A program made the translations under genes and the position numbers. The notes under the pieces were generated by a model. That model made no database searches. It was not told the origin of the DNA and was given only the letters and a program-made list of their open reading frames with translations. Below, piece by piece: positions 34,197-45,794 of a stretch of 64,000 nt of DNA. This DNA is from Flectonema sp. DT1601 (lineage: Eukaryota), in contig OZ025783.1 of the NCBI GenBank assembly GCA_964019425.1, forward strand, positions 186,001 to 250,000, in the 5' to 3' direction. Each line of letters starts with the position of its first letter. The stretch's first letter is position 1.

Positions 34197-34730
34197 ATAT
34201 ATAATATTATAGACATTTGTAAATAAATCGAACAAGGGCTAGTAGTAAATAAGTTGATTGCTAGATAGATAAAGAAGTCGTGTATTGTGCATCACAAATA
34301 CAACAAACTAGGAGCCTGAAATATCAGACTGATGAAGGTCTTATATCTCCAAATCCATCTCCTCGTGGAAGACGAGATTCACACATTGAGACTCTGATGG
34401 AATCAACTTCTAATTACGCAGAGAAGGAAGTACTCGATTTCTTATTAAAGAGTCGGACTGAAGAAGAGAAAGGAGGAGAGAGAAAAACTGAAGTTGGTTC
34501 TACACCTACTAGTGTAAAAAAAGAAAAAAAAAAAGTAGAATTGGGGAAGAATTAAATTTTTTTTTTTTCTTTTTCTTTCAAAAAAAAAAAATTACACAAT
34601 GAATTCAAATCTGTGAAGATCGAAATTAGAAAACCCCTGTTTAGATCAAAAAAAAACTATAGAAAAAAAAACAGCATCAAAACGGAACAAAAATTTGTTG
34701 TCATAGTGACAAATCAAGATGAAAATTATA

Positions 34731-35430
34731 TCTTAATCTGAATAGTTTCCCCGTCGGTGCAAAAAAAAAAAAAAAAAACATTCTCCCACCCCCCTACACC
34801 AGTAACCTCGACGGGTAGGCTCGTGGACAAATACAAAATAAATATTTCTCATCATTTCTTTTTTTTTTTAAACGTAAGAAAAGTAACAACTTTTAGGAAT
34901 TAATACAAAATTAATATCAAGTACCTGAAAAATATTCGTAGTTGTTAATCAAAGACAAGGGTACGTCTAGAAAAAAAGAAACACAAAAAAGGGAAATATG
35001 TATTTCTTTTTTTTTTTTTTGTTCAATATACCAGAAGACGTCGTCTAACTACTACAACGAGGGGGTGAAAACATTGAGAGAGCACAAATAAAAGCAAACA
35101 AACGTGTGTACCTTGCATAAAATCACAAGCAAGCTTGGCTGCAGGAACACTATGATCACTGCTCTCTTTCATGCAAACGTAACAAGCGAAATAAAAACTC
35201 TCTGACACCGGGAAAATGTTTCTGTTGGTGGTCAACACACACCCAAAACTATGCCTCTGTAGGTTACGCTAACTACGCTACGATAGAGAACTTATAGTTG
35301 AGACAGGTAACCCGATGCAATCTATAATCAAATATAAGGCTACTTGAAACTAGCTAAAACTAAATAGGGTTCGGCAAAAGTTTGTTTCCCATGAGACCAA
35401 CAGCTAGTATAGATCCCATACATGCTGCCG
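34731..35430. repeat. Patchy homology to 51850-52112 (decayed dispersed repeat, interrupted here by the 34882-35045 repeat)
   Basis: Shared blocks cttaatctgaatag..cgtcggtgcaaaa, acttgaaact.gctaaa..aaatagggtt, accaacag and atcccata..tgctg.cga occur in the same order. Confidence 0.65.
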
Positions 35431-36582
35431 ACACGTCTTATAAAGGAGAAAAGTCAGCAAGGCGCTACCAAAGAAGTGAAGCCAGCTGCTAAGCAAGTAA
35501 GAAGATAATATGCAGAAGCCAGTGAAAGCGAACCAGAAACAGAAACCTGAACGTAAAAAATTAATCTGTTTTCGTTGAAAATTACTTCAACAGTAATCAA
35601 TCAAGGTTAATAACAGCTGCTGCTGACTTACTTCGTTTCAGCTTTAAGATAGCACGAAGATTCAGCAAAAAAGGCAAAAAAAAAAAATTTACTTTATAGC
35701 GAAAATGAAATTATTAGTTAGTATCATTAATTTTAGAACAGAAAAGTGAAAATAAGAAAAGTAGAGATTAATAAAAGAAAAGTATTCATTTCTGAAATTA
35801 TTAGTTAGAATATGAGTTTATTATAATTAGTTAGCTAGCCCGACATACCATCGAGTACCGGTTAGATAGACACAACAGGGTGGAACGGTTAACCACCTGT
35901 GAGTCCCCAATACTACGACCTTATGTCGAACCTGATCCTTGAGAGGATCACTTTTTTAGCGTAAGCTAATATTAGACCCTCCCAATATTTGCAAAACTAC
36001 TAATTTCAAATAGGCTGCAGGGAGTCACCCATGTAAGACACCGCCATTGTAAACAACGCGATAGTTTACCGACTTTACTGACAGGTCAAAAGTGCATAAT
36101 CAATATATTTCTAGTTAGAATATGAGTTTCTTATAAAATAGTCCACCAAAAATAAAATTTGCTCTGCTGTTCCACTTAAATAGCGGAATGCATACTTGTA
36201 TCCCTCAAAGCCTTTATAGTTTTTTTTTTTTTTTTTTTTTTTTCATATTTCGGATGTTATCAATGGTTCCGTTTGAAAAGAACTGATCTTAATTAGTAAT
36301 AGCACAAATAAGTAAACAAAACAAATAAACAATCAATAAATATCAGTTAGCACATTACACTGCGATGGGTCCGGGTAACCGAAGACCTAATCACGTAGTG
36401 TTTTTATAGCTTTCTGCTGGAAGATCAATTCACAGCTGTTTCACCTTTCCCAGAGAATAGCAAGTTGAAAAAAAAAAAAAAAAAAAAAAAAAAATAGGGA
36501 GAAGAACAAATAAAATTGTCATTTTCTTTCAATGAAATAATCACATGGTTAAATGCTATAACTCACGAAAAGAAAACAGGTA

Positions 36583-36657
36583 AACTGTTCGAGTTTGTAC
36601 GTAAAATACAAATGTATTGTATCATAAACAACATAACGATAATTTAACATTAGTTCT
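36583..36657. repeat. 75-bp near-identical repeat (copy at 52322-52396)
   Basis: aactgttcga(g/t)tttgtacgtaaaatacaaatgtattgtatcataaacaacataacgataatttaacattagttct, with one mismatch between copies. Confidence 0.95.
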
Positions 36658-37618
36658 TCAGGTAGGGGGGTAACAATACTGTGAAATGATTTTCGTTTCA
36701 CAGATACTGATAAGCATCGAATATAAAATAATAAAATAAAAAAACTCCAGATGAGCACAAAAATTCAAGAGAAAACAGCGCTACAAAGTATCTGTTCCGC
36801 CCTTCTCTCTGCTCACCTTGATTGTCGCATTATTTGCTTGTTATCTCCAGAACAAGCAACAAGAAATACAAAAAAAAGAAATCTGAGAACAACACCACGC
36901 GGCGTGCCTCAACAGATCTCCCATTCTCCCGAAACAAAAGAACGGAAGGTAAGTTGTGCACTAAATTCAAAAAAAAAAGAAACGAAATTCTAAAAAAATA
37001 AAAACACATTGTTCCACTTAGCACACATAAATAAAGAAGTCCATTACAACACCAGAGCAACACAAGTAGACTCTATCTAGTTAGGACTGTTATGGTATAG
37101 CATAGGCTTACAAAGCATCCTGAACACAGCATGCCATTGCCATAGCAACTGAAAGAGTTCGACGAGGTTAAAAGAAATTGACGAGGCGCTCGCATAAGAA
37201 TCGAATATTCAGCCGACTACTTTATAAATTACTGCAACATTTATTACAAATAACAAAAAAAAAAAAAAAAATACGAAATACGAAAAGAATGGGAGCAGTG
37301 ACATAAGAAGATTCCGACAACCAAAAATGAAAATATGAGGCAGTACAGAAACCCCTTCAGGAGCAACAAGATGATCTGTCCTACGAAGCTTAAGCGAGAT
37401 GAAAACCCTCACTGCATGAAACGAATAACAACTACTGCTTTCACGGAAAGCAAATTCACATACTTTCTACCACAGCCCACAAGGCAATCGAGTCTTGGAA
37501 CAGTAAAAAAAAATAGATTCCAGTACACGATTTGGTTTTGGATGGTATTTTCTGTAGTGGGATGGTGGGCTTTGATTGTGTTCACAATAAAAACCCACCA
37601 TTCTCAAATAAAAGAAGC

Positions 37619-39979
37619 TTACTTTCCCATTTCAAGAACATGCATGTTTTCTTGTTCCATTGTGTCACTTTGTTCTCTGAAATGGGGTTCTCTTCCGACA
37701 GTGATTTGACTAAAACTAACAACAAACGCATTCTCGACATCTGCTTTCGCAGATTCCAATAGGTAGTCGAATGCTAGTGATATAATTGGACTATTCTGCA
37801 AAGGGTTAGCTGGTTCATCGAACACTGCTAAGTCCTTCAGAGACATTCTATAAGCAGGGTCCTGAAGGCGCATCATTATCCCGTCTCTCGCTGAGCTTGC
37901 TTGATTAACTGATACAGTGTACATCCATTCTTCAACTTTTGCTTCCTTTTCGGACTGCAATTCGGCCAAGAGGTGGATTTCATCTTGCACCAACAAACCC
38001 AACACAATCATAGCGTTCACTGTTGACTCAACCTTTGCTGCTACAGCCGATGTCATAAGGACACATGGTGTATTCACTTTTTCACCGAGCCATGAAGCTG
38101 CATGTAAAATCGGTAAAATCAACTTATCAGTCATCCCGCTGACAACAAATGAACGCATAGTGGCTGTTCCAACGTTTCCACTGTTGCATGAGAATTCACT
38201 ATTAATGGCGATATGGTGTTTGTCTTTTAATAATAAAGCAGCTCTACACACCCTGTCATAAGACACACTACTCACACCATTCCAAGTGGCGCAGTGAACG
38301 TAGGGTTCAACAACAAAGAATGGATGAAGGGTTCCTTTACTGGACTGAATTACAGATTCTAGGTCAGAGAGTGCGTCGACATACGAACGAACACCTTTTG
38401 ATAGGGAAACACCTAATAGTTTTATAGCCATCGTTGTCATTGGTGATCTTGACATTCCAACTCTCAGTGCGGTTTGAACAAAGAAATTGTCCATAGATAG
38501 TGCTCGTTTCTTTTCAGAAACACCAGACACTGATGTGTTAACTGTATTTAGTAACGATGCTACGGAATGTTCTGCCTCATCACTTTCAGTTGAGTCATGA
38601 AATAGGCTTTTAGGCAAGAAAGCTTTATATTCATCTAAGCTGGTTATAGCAAATAGAAGTCCTCGTGAAAGATCTTGACACTCCGCAATCACACTGTTTC
38701 TGAAAGGTTTTATTATAGTTTCGGCACCACGTAAGTCCAGACTACAAAGGAATGAAATAGAATTAGCTAGAGAGTGTAACGGTCTGGCGATTAAAACTAC
38801 TTCAGCTGCACCAAGTAGAATATCAAAAGACGCCACGCCAATAGCGAACACAATAAATAATATCAAAGCTCTGTCTAACTGACTATTCACAGAACTGATA
38901 CTACGAAACCACATGAGGTAAATATCATCCAGAGTATCAAGTTGATGACTCTTTAAGAAGAGATGATCCTTCATCATCCAATAACTCGAACCTCTTCGAA
39001 ACTTCCTCGACGTCGTCCCGTTCAACTCGACTGCCAAATCACGAAACTCTTTCGTCAGGTTCATTAAGTACTTTTGACAAGGTGCGAACGCCGTCATCGA
39101 CAGTGTCCCGGTGAAACTACAATTCCTGCTCATCTCCGCATCAGCAAAGTTCCCAGTCAGAATGACGCTGTCCAGACCTCTTCCTACTTGTGTGATCATA
39201 ACCTTGGCCTCCGTTGCGAATGCAGCCATGAGATCCCTTAAAGGTTCACTCAACACATCAGTAACAGCTATTGACTGATACTCACCAAGGATATTATGAT
39301 CAGGTGTTGGAGGCAACCACAGCATATTAATGAGATACACGTAAGGGTTGCCATCTCCACTAAACCAAATAAACGGTCCCTCCCACCACGAGCTACCAGG
39401 TTCAATATTAGAGGATTCGTATCCAGCGATAGCTTCATCCGACACAATGTTCGCCGTGAAGTTGTAAATGTTCGGTCCCAGTTGTGCTGTTTCTGGTTCA
39501 GGAATGCTGTAGGTGACGGCACAAGGAAAGGGGCAAGCTGTTGTGTTGATGCTCGAATTAACTCTTGCATTCACGTAGAACCTCACTCCATTCTTATACA
39601 CATCGTACCAAACAATGTCATATATTCTCTGTGATTTGTTACTTGTATTGCGACCATACGCAGCTATCCCGTGTACGAGGTTACTTCGATACGTCTCCCC
39701 AACGAATCGCACAGTCGTCCACTCCTCAAACAGTTCCATACTCGAAGTGCCCTTGAAATTACGAAGCATGTCACTCAGTCGTAATCCGTGGTTTTCTGTT
39801 ACTTCGAAACTCTTCCTCCCTTCCCTCGACAACGCTTGCAAGTCTGCGAGACCAGTCTCTTCTACAGTCTTCTCGATTACTTGCAAACCCTCCAAGTACA
39901 TCACCAAACCAGCAGCTACTGAAATTACAGTTGAGACCACTCCTGACGCTATCACCATCCATGTTGTGTAAATTCTCAT
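37619..39979 (-). CDS. Receptor-type 2-TM protein with degenerate class III nucleotidyl-cyclase-like domain, copy 1 (~786 aa)
   Basis: ATG 39979 matches the start of copy 3. Architecture: TM, large N-glycosylated ectodomain, TM, HAMP-like segment, YKAFLP, GTLHPF...ATWN, C-terminal EEWMY. Confidence 0.8.
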   Translation of the reverse strand: MRIYTTWMVIASGVVSTVISVAAGLVMYLEGLQVIEKTVEETGLADLQALSREGRKSFEVTENHGLRLSDMLRNFKGTSSMELFEEWTTVRFVGETYRSNLVHGIAAYGRNTSNKSQRIYDIVWYDVYKNGVRFYVNARVNSSINTTACPFPCAVTYSIPEPETAQLGPNIYNFTANIVSDEAIAGYESSNIEPGSSWWEGPFIWFSGDGNPYVYLINMLWLPPTPDHNILGEYQSIAVTDVLSEPLRDLMAAFATEAKVMITQVGRGLDSVILTGNFADAEMSRNCSFTGTLSMTAFAPCQKYLMNLTKEFRDLAVELNGTTSRKFRRGSSYWMMKDHLFLKSHQLDTLDDIYLMWFRSISSVNSQLDRALILFIVFAIGVASFDILLGAAEVVLIARPLHSLANSISFLCSLDLRGAETIIKPFRNSVIAECQDLSRGLLFAITSLDEYKAFLPKSLFHDSTESDEAEHSVASLLNTVNTSVSGVSEKKRALSMDNFFVQTALRVGMSRSPMTTMAIKLLGVSLSKGVRSYVDALSDLESVIQSSKGTLHPFFVVEPYVHCATWNGVSSVSYDRVCRAALLLKDKHHIAINSEFSCNSGNVGTATMRSFVVSGMTDKLILPILHAASWLGEKVNTPCVLMTSAVAAKVESTVNAMIVLGLLVQDEIHLLAELQSEKEAKVEEWMYTVSVNQASSARDGIMMRLQDPAYRMSLKDLAVFDEPANPLQNSPIISLAFDYLLESAKADVENAFVVSFSQITVGREPHFREQSDTMEQENMHVLEMGK

Positions 39980-40633
39980 TTTGGTATTCCTGTTGTGAAC
40001 AGAAGCATTATCAACCGAGGGATGGAAACGTAACACAGAAGGATAGTTGATTATTAGTTGCCTCTCTCGACCCTTTAGACAACAAACAGTTGATGAAGAT
40101 ACGTAAGCAGGACATTCAATGACAATACAAATCACACAGGTCGAACGAATGTGTGTCCCTTTCCATTTCATTAGTTTTAATCCTTTTGTTTCACATTCAG
40201 AACACGGGTAACGAATCATATCGGTAGTGTGAAATAGAACAAGCGGATCATTTTCAACAAGTAAGTAACAACTAATGAATAAAAACAAGACATCGAACGA
40301 ACACAACCTTTTTAATTCCACAAAATGAGTTCGGTGATAGAAGCTTTTCCATCGCATGAATTCGTTTCTAGGAATCAAAAGTATTTTGACCAAGGACAAA
40401 TGGGACTGTAAGTCACTGAAATTTCGCAAAAAACCATACTTTTTTTTTTTCCATTCTTTTTCTTTCAAAAAATAGAAAACGCAAAAATTTACGATCAGGG
40501 TAAAAAAACCTTGAATTTCAAGGAAAGAAAGAAAGAGAAAATATTTTCTCTTCCGCGGCTCGCAATATAAGGTGAAAAAAAACGCTTATAGTAACACCGG
40601 TGTAAACTAATACAAGCACCCGCTTCTCGGAGA

Positions 40634-42946
40634 TCAGGGTGTCAAATTCTTCTCCGACGGACTACTCTCCCGTCCAAAGTTAATCGGGTTGAAACCGATT
40701 GTGAATGCGGTTTGGTTGTCTACTTTCGCAGCTTCTACAAGGTACGCAAAAGCAGGTGAGGGATTCACTTTTAATTTCGCTTTTGATTCTTCCTCAATGG
40801 ACAGGATTTCTTTAGAAGACAAGCAAAAGCTTGAATCCTTAAGCTTCAGCAGAAGGTCGCATTGCTGTGCTTGCTTCTGGTCATCAAGAATAGTGTACAT
40901 CCATTCTTCGTTGTTAGACTGCTTCTCTGATAACAGTTCTGACATCAGGTACACTTCTTCACTGATGGTAAGTCCCAGAATCAGCATCGAGTTCACAAAC
41001 CCTTCTGACTTCTTCGCCACTGATGCTGTTATCAAGATGCAAGGACTCTTAGCCTTCTGTCCCAACCAAGTTGCTGCTTGTAGCATTGGTCCAATCAATC
41101 GACTAGTGTTTCCACTAACTGCGTACGATCTCATAGTATTGGTACCAAGGTTACCGCAGATTGATGCGCTCTCGCTTTCGATAACAATGTGGTGCTTTCC
41201 CTTTAATGTGAGCGCAGCTTTGCAAGCTCTTTCATTAGAAGCACTACCAGCTCCATTCCAAGTGGCGCAGTGTAAGAGCGGCTCAGTAACAAAGAATGGA
41301 TGAAGAGTTCCTTTTGTCATGTGAACAATAGATTCAAGCTGAGAGAGTGCTTCAACGAATGCCTGCACTCCCTTTGTCAGTGGTACATCAGCCAACCTGA
41401 CAGCCAGTGTGGTCACAGAGGTTTTGGCAATCCCAACCTTGAGTGAAGGAACTGCTGCTACCACTGTTGATTCCATTCTACTACTTGCTTGGTCTGTTTG
41501 TCTTGTTTGATCTAATCTGCGAGAGCTTCCTCGGCCATCTGAACTCTCACTCTCACTCGTTTCTAGAAACAAACTCTTCGGCAAGAATGCCTTGTACTCT
41601 TGCAAGCTAGTAACTGCAAACAAAAGTCCTCGTGAAAGATCTTGACACTCTGCAATCACACTGTTTCTGAACGGCGTAATCTTAGTTTGAGCATTTTCTA
41701 AGTCAAGGTTGCGAATATAAGACGTCGCTTTGGCCAGAGAGTGTAATGGTTTGGAAATCATCATCACTTCCACGGCTCCAATTAAAATATCAAAAGACGC
41801 CACGCCAATAGCGAACACAATAAATAATATCAAAGCTCTGTCTAACTGACTATTCACAGAACTGATACTACGAAACCACATGAGGTAAATATCATCCAGA
41901 GTATCAAGTTGATGACTCTTTAAGAAGAGATGATCCTTCATCATCCAATAACTCGAACCTCTTCGAAACTTCCTCGACGTCGTCCCGTTCAACTCGACTG
42001 CCAAATCACGAAACTCTTTCGTCAGGTTCATTAAGTACTTTTGACAAGGAGTGAACGCCGTCATCGACAGTGTCCCGGTGAAACTACAATTCCTGTTTAT
42101 TTCCGCATCAGCAAAGTTCCCAGTCAGGATGACGCTGTCCAGACCTCTTCCTACTTGTGTGATCATCACTTTGGCCTCTGTCGCAAACACAGCCATGAGA
42201 TCCCTCCAAGGTTCACTCAACACATCAGTAACAGCTATTGACTGATACTCACCAAGGATATTATGATCAGGTGTTGGAGGCAACCACAGCTTATTAATGA
42301 GATACACGTAAGGATTACCGTCTCCGCTAAACCAAATAAACGGTCCCTCCCACCACGAGCTACCAGGTTCAATATTAGAGGATTCGTATCCAGCGATAGT
42401 TTCATCCGACACAATTTCCGCCGTGAAGTTGTAAATGTTCGGTCCTAGTTGTGCTGTTTCTGGTTCAGGAATGCTGTAGGTGACGGCACAAGGAAAGGGG
42501 CAAGCTGTTGTGTTGATGCTCGAATTAACTCTTGCATTCACGTAGAACCTCACTCCATTCTTATACACATCGTACCAAACAATGTCATATATTCTCTGTG
42601 ATTTGTTACTTGTATTGCGACCATACGCAGCTATCCCGTGTACGAGGTTACTTCGATACGTCTCCCCAACGAATCGCACAGTCGCCCACTCCTCGAACAG
42701 TTCCATACTCGAAGTGCCCTTGAAATTACGAAGCATGTCACTCAGTCGTAATCCGTGGTTTTCTGTTACTTCGAAACTCTTCCTCCCTTCCCTCGACAAC
42801 GCTTGCAAGTCTGCGAGACCAGTCTCTTCTACAGTCTTCTCGATTACTTGCAAACCCTCCAAGTACATCACCAAACCAGCAGTTACTGAAATTATAGTTG
42901 AGACCACTCCTGACGCTATCACCATCCATGTTGTGTAAATTCTCAT
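40634..42946 (-). CDS. Receptor-type pseudo-cyclase, copy 2 (~770 aa)
   Basis: Near-identical to copy 3 over its whole length. ATG at 42946. Confidence 0.8.
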   Translation of the reverse strand: MRIYTTWMVIASGVVSTIISVTAGLVMYLEGLQVIEKTVEETGLADLQALSREGRKSFEVTENHGLRLSDMLRNFKGTSSMELFEEWATVRFVGETYRSNLVHGIAAYGRNTSNKSQRIYDIVWYDVYKNGVRFYVNARVNSSINTTACPFPCAVTYSIPEPETAQLGPNIYNFTAEIVSDETIAGYESSNIEPGSSWWEGPFIWFSGDGNPYVYLINKLWLPPTPDHNILGEYQSIAVTDVLSEPWRDLMAVFATEAKVMITQVGRGLDSVILTGNFADAEINRNCSFTGTLSMTAFTPCQKYLMNLTKEFRDLAVELNGTTSRKFRRGSSYWMMKDHLFLKSHQLDTLDDIYLMWFRSISSVNSQLDRALILFIVFAIGVASFDILIGAVEVMMISKPLHSLAKATSYIRNLDLENAQTKITPFRNSVIAECQDLSRGLLFAVTSLQEYKAFLPKSLFLETSESESSDGRGSSRRLDQTRQTDQASSRMESTVVAAVPSLKVGIAKTSVTTLAVRLADVPLTKGVQAFVEALSQLESIVHMTKGTLHPFFVTEPLLHCATWNGAGSASNERACKAALTLKGKHHIVIESESASICGNLGTNTMRSYAVSGNTSRLIGPMLQAATWLGQKAKSPCILITASVAKKSEGFVNSMLILGLTISEEVYLMSELLSEKQSNNEEWMYTILDDQKQAQQCDLLLKLKDSSFCLSSKEILSIEEESKAKLKVNPSPAFAYLVEAAKVDNQTAFTIGFNPINFGRESSPSEKNLTP

Positions 42947-43575
42947 TTTGGTATTCCTGTTGTGAACAGAAGCATTATCAACCGAGGGATGGAAACGTAA
43001 CACATAAGGATTGCTTATAGTTAGTATTAGCAAAACAATTAGGAGTAATCAAAACTAAAAAAACAATAAATCGTAGGACATGAAACAAATAATGGTTTCG
43101 AGCTAGAATTAAAAAAATAATTCTTCAGATGATAGCCCTCTTCCGCAAATTAAAGGAGACACGGAGGAGGTATCAGATCTGTCTCACTCATCGTGTTTGA
43201 CACAAATATGTGCTCCAAATAAGCGGTCCCAATTCTATTTAGGACTGTGCACATTTCATCACGAGAACTGCAGCTGATTTCTGCCTTCTGTAACCAGCTC
43301 GCTTTCACAGGCATTTTACCGCTGTTAGAGAGGCAAGGGTTTGACTACTGTTGTACTCAGTCAGTAGATTTGGTTAATAAAAAGAATAAGAAGAGAAGTT
43401 AGGAAGTTGCATGTTGGCATAAAGCCATGTACACCGAAAAGGCTGAAGCCACGGCTGGAGTTAGAGATGTAGCCATTATCAAGAGAGATACTACAAATAG
43501 AGAGGTAGGTATTACATAATGAGCTGTAGAAACACCGTTCAATTATTCCGAATATTCTTCTCTGTTTCTGGTGAA

Positions 43576-44823
43576 GTTATTTTGCCATAATTATAGCGTT
43601 CAAATACCTTTCTCCGTCTTTACGACAATTTCTAGTCTTTGACTTGGCTGCGGGTCAGGCTTGTCTGTCTGGCTCCTCCTAGCCATGTCAGCTACTTGCT
43701 GGTCACTTCCTCGAATGTATCGAAGTGGCATTTGCTCTGTTACCCAGCCAAAGTGCTGTGGAGTGCAGGGACAGGAATACCACTGGCGACATCATGTGCT
43801 GCAGAACCCCTCCTCATTGAGTATCTAGTGTATTCTTTTAAATCGGACTTCCCCAGGTAGCCTGCGACATTTCTTAGAATCATATACATAGTATTCTCCC
43901 CAAGAGGGGAATTGACAAATCTTCCACCGCACTTTGAAATACGGAGCCACAGTAGACCATTACACACTTGTAACTTCCCTGCGCCTGACCAAGTAAGTAA
44001 CAACAGGTTCATAAAACAGGGACTCTCTTTGAATTTAAAACCTCCCAAATCTCACCACCCCTCTTGTCTTGCTTCGCGCATAGTTAAAAACCAGTCTCTC
44101 AGCAGTTTCTTGAACATTTGACAAACATAAGTGTGTGGTATCGGTAGCTCTCAGCCCACCACAGAACCAAATCGATACGATAGCCCGCATCATCATAGAT
44201 CTAGAAGTTCACAATCATCATCCATGTTGAGAAAACTGTTCATAGCTCTTCAGTAACTGGTTCAGCCTCGTGTTGTCTTTGAGAGTCTCCCCATAAAGAA
44301 GGCGGTGCACCTTGTTTAGGTGTGAGTAAATTTCCCACAAAGATGAACTTCTCAACCCTTCTCTACGGCGATGGTTAAAGAACGATAAGAGATTGGCTTC
44401 CGATGGTTTAACATTTTCTGGCAGTCTAGTAAATTTCAAGAAGCATTCCCAATCTCTCATACTGTCGGGAAGCTGTGAGCTGGTCTATGACCCGCTTACA
44501 GAGGTCTTTATTACTCATCTGTGAGAGCACCCTTTTCTTCATCTTTTTCCCGCGTGTTGGGGTTTTGGGCGGACCTAGGCTTCCGCATGTGCACGTGTAA
44601 ACTGACGGGGTGGAAACGTATTCTTCCATTTCACTATTGCCCTTCATAATTACACTCACGGGTTCAATAATTTTACGTTTCGAAGAAACGTGAAATTAGG
44701 GCTCATAATGCCACTGAGGTCATAATCACACTCTTACTGATGCCCAGTATCCCCATTCATGAAATTATCCCCCCGGAAAACATAAAATCACCCTCAACAT
44801 AATTGCTATTATGTCAAAATCAC
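43576..44823 (-). mobile_element. Decayed Crypton-like tyrosine-recombinase element (pseudogene ~44629-43600)
   Basis: Frameshifted pieces in the expected order: SRQYE/RDWECFLKF..SEANLLSFF..SSSLWEIYSHLNKVH (core-binding domain), WFCGGLRATD (catalytic R), RSKT, YTRYSMRRGSA (HxxR decayed to YxxR), QHFGWVTEQMPLRYI (W and catalytic Y). A 14/16 inverted repeat lies at 43576-43591 and 44808-44823. Confidence 0.85.
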
Positions 44824-45794
44824 CCGGATTATTACAGGTCAATAACTACATCGCCAGAGCCATTTTAAACCAAAAACAGAAAATCATAATTTTACTGCTG
44901 CTTTAGATTTGGCCTTAACTTCACACTTTTGTGATAATTTCGATTTGCCAGCCATCGGCCTTGTGTACGGAATGTAATTATCGGAAACTTTCTACTCCGC
45001 GAGTGATGAAATGTGCACAGAAATAATAAATAATTAATTACCAAGCGAGCCTGGACGGGGTATCTCTAGTGAGGGTTTGCATCTGTCAGACAACCAGCAG
45101 TTCTAGTCTAGTGTATTAAATTGGTACCCCAACACAACTCTAGGAATAGTAGTACGGACTGTCCTTCATCAAGAAATCTCTGAGATCGTTGGAAGTTGAA
45201 AGAGTCGCCGAAGAATGAAGTTCGCACACACAAAAGCCACGGGAAAGAATGATTAACTTTATGAGTTGATAGGATAAAACACTTTACCCCCGACATGTCA
45301 CCACTATAATTATGAAGTGATTCCCTTAACCTGTATAATAAATAGTGGTGATGAACAAACACATGTTTTTACTATATAACTGATGAATTGCAAGCGGGAA
45401 AATACGTGGCAACTAATGAACAAATAAAAATAAAATAAAAAAAGACATCTGACGAACACAACCTTTTTAATTCCACAAAATGCGTTCTGCAATAGAAGAT
45501 TTTCCATCGCACGAATTCGTTTTAGGAATCAAAAAAATTTAACTAAAAAAAATAAAAGGGACTGTAAGTCACCGAAATTTCGCATAAACTATTTTTTTTT
45601 TTTTTTTTTTTTTTTCTTATTTTCCGTTCTTGTTCTTTTCAAAAAAAATAGAAGACAAAAATTTACGATCGGGGTAAAAAACCTTGAAAATTTCAAGGAA
45701 AAGAAAGAAGAGTAAATCATAATAGGTTTCCTCTTCCGCGGCTCGCAATATAAGGTGAAAAAAACACTTATAGTAACACCGGTGTAAACCTTAA

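Noticed and set aside
35870..35970. TPP-riboswitch-like words (GAACCTGATC...AGCGTA)
   Set aside because: It lacks the UGAGA junction and the P1/P2 and P5 pairing in the right places.
37342..37352. GTTTCTGTAC match to euglenozoan spliced-leader sequence on the minus strand
   Set aside because: Only ~10 nt, with no rest of the SL exon, donor site or Sm site.
39980..40468. 163-aa N-terminal extension of ORF 37619-40468
   Set aside because: It starts at TTG, runs through sequence homologous to the non-coding spacer at 45410-45790, and the paralogs start at MRIYTTW.
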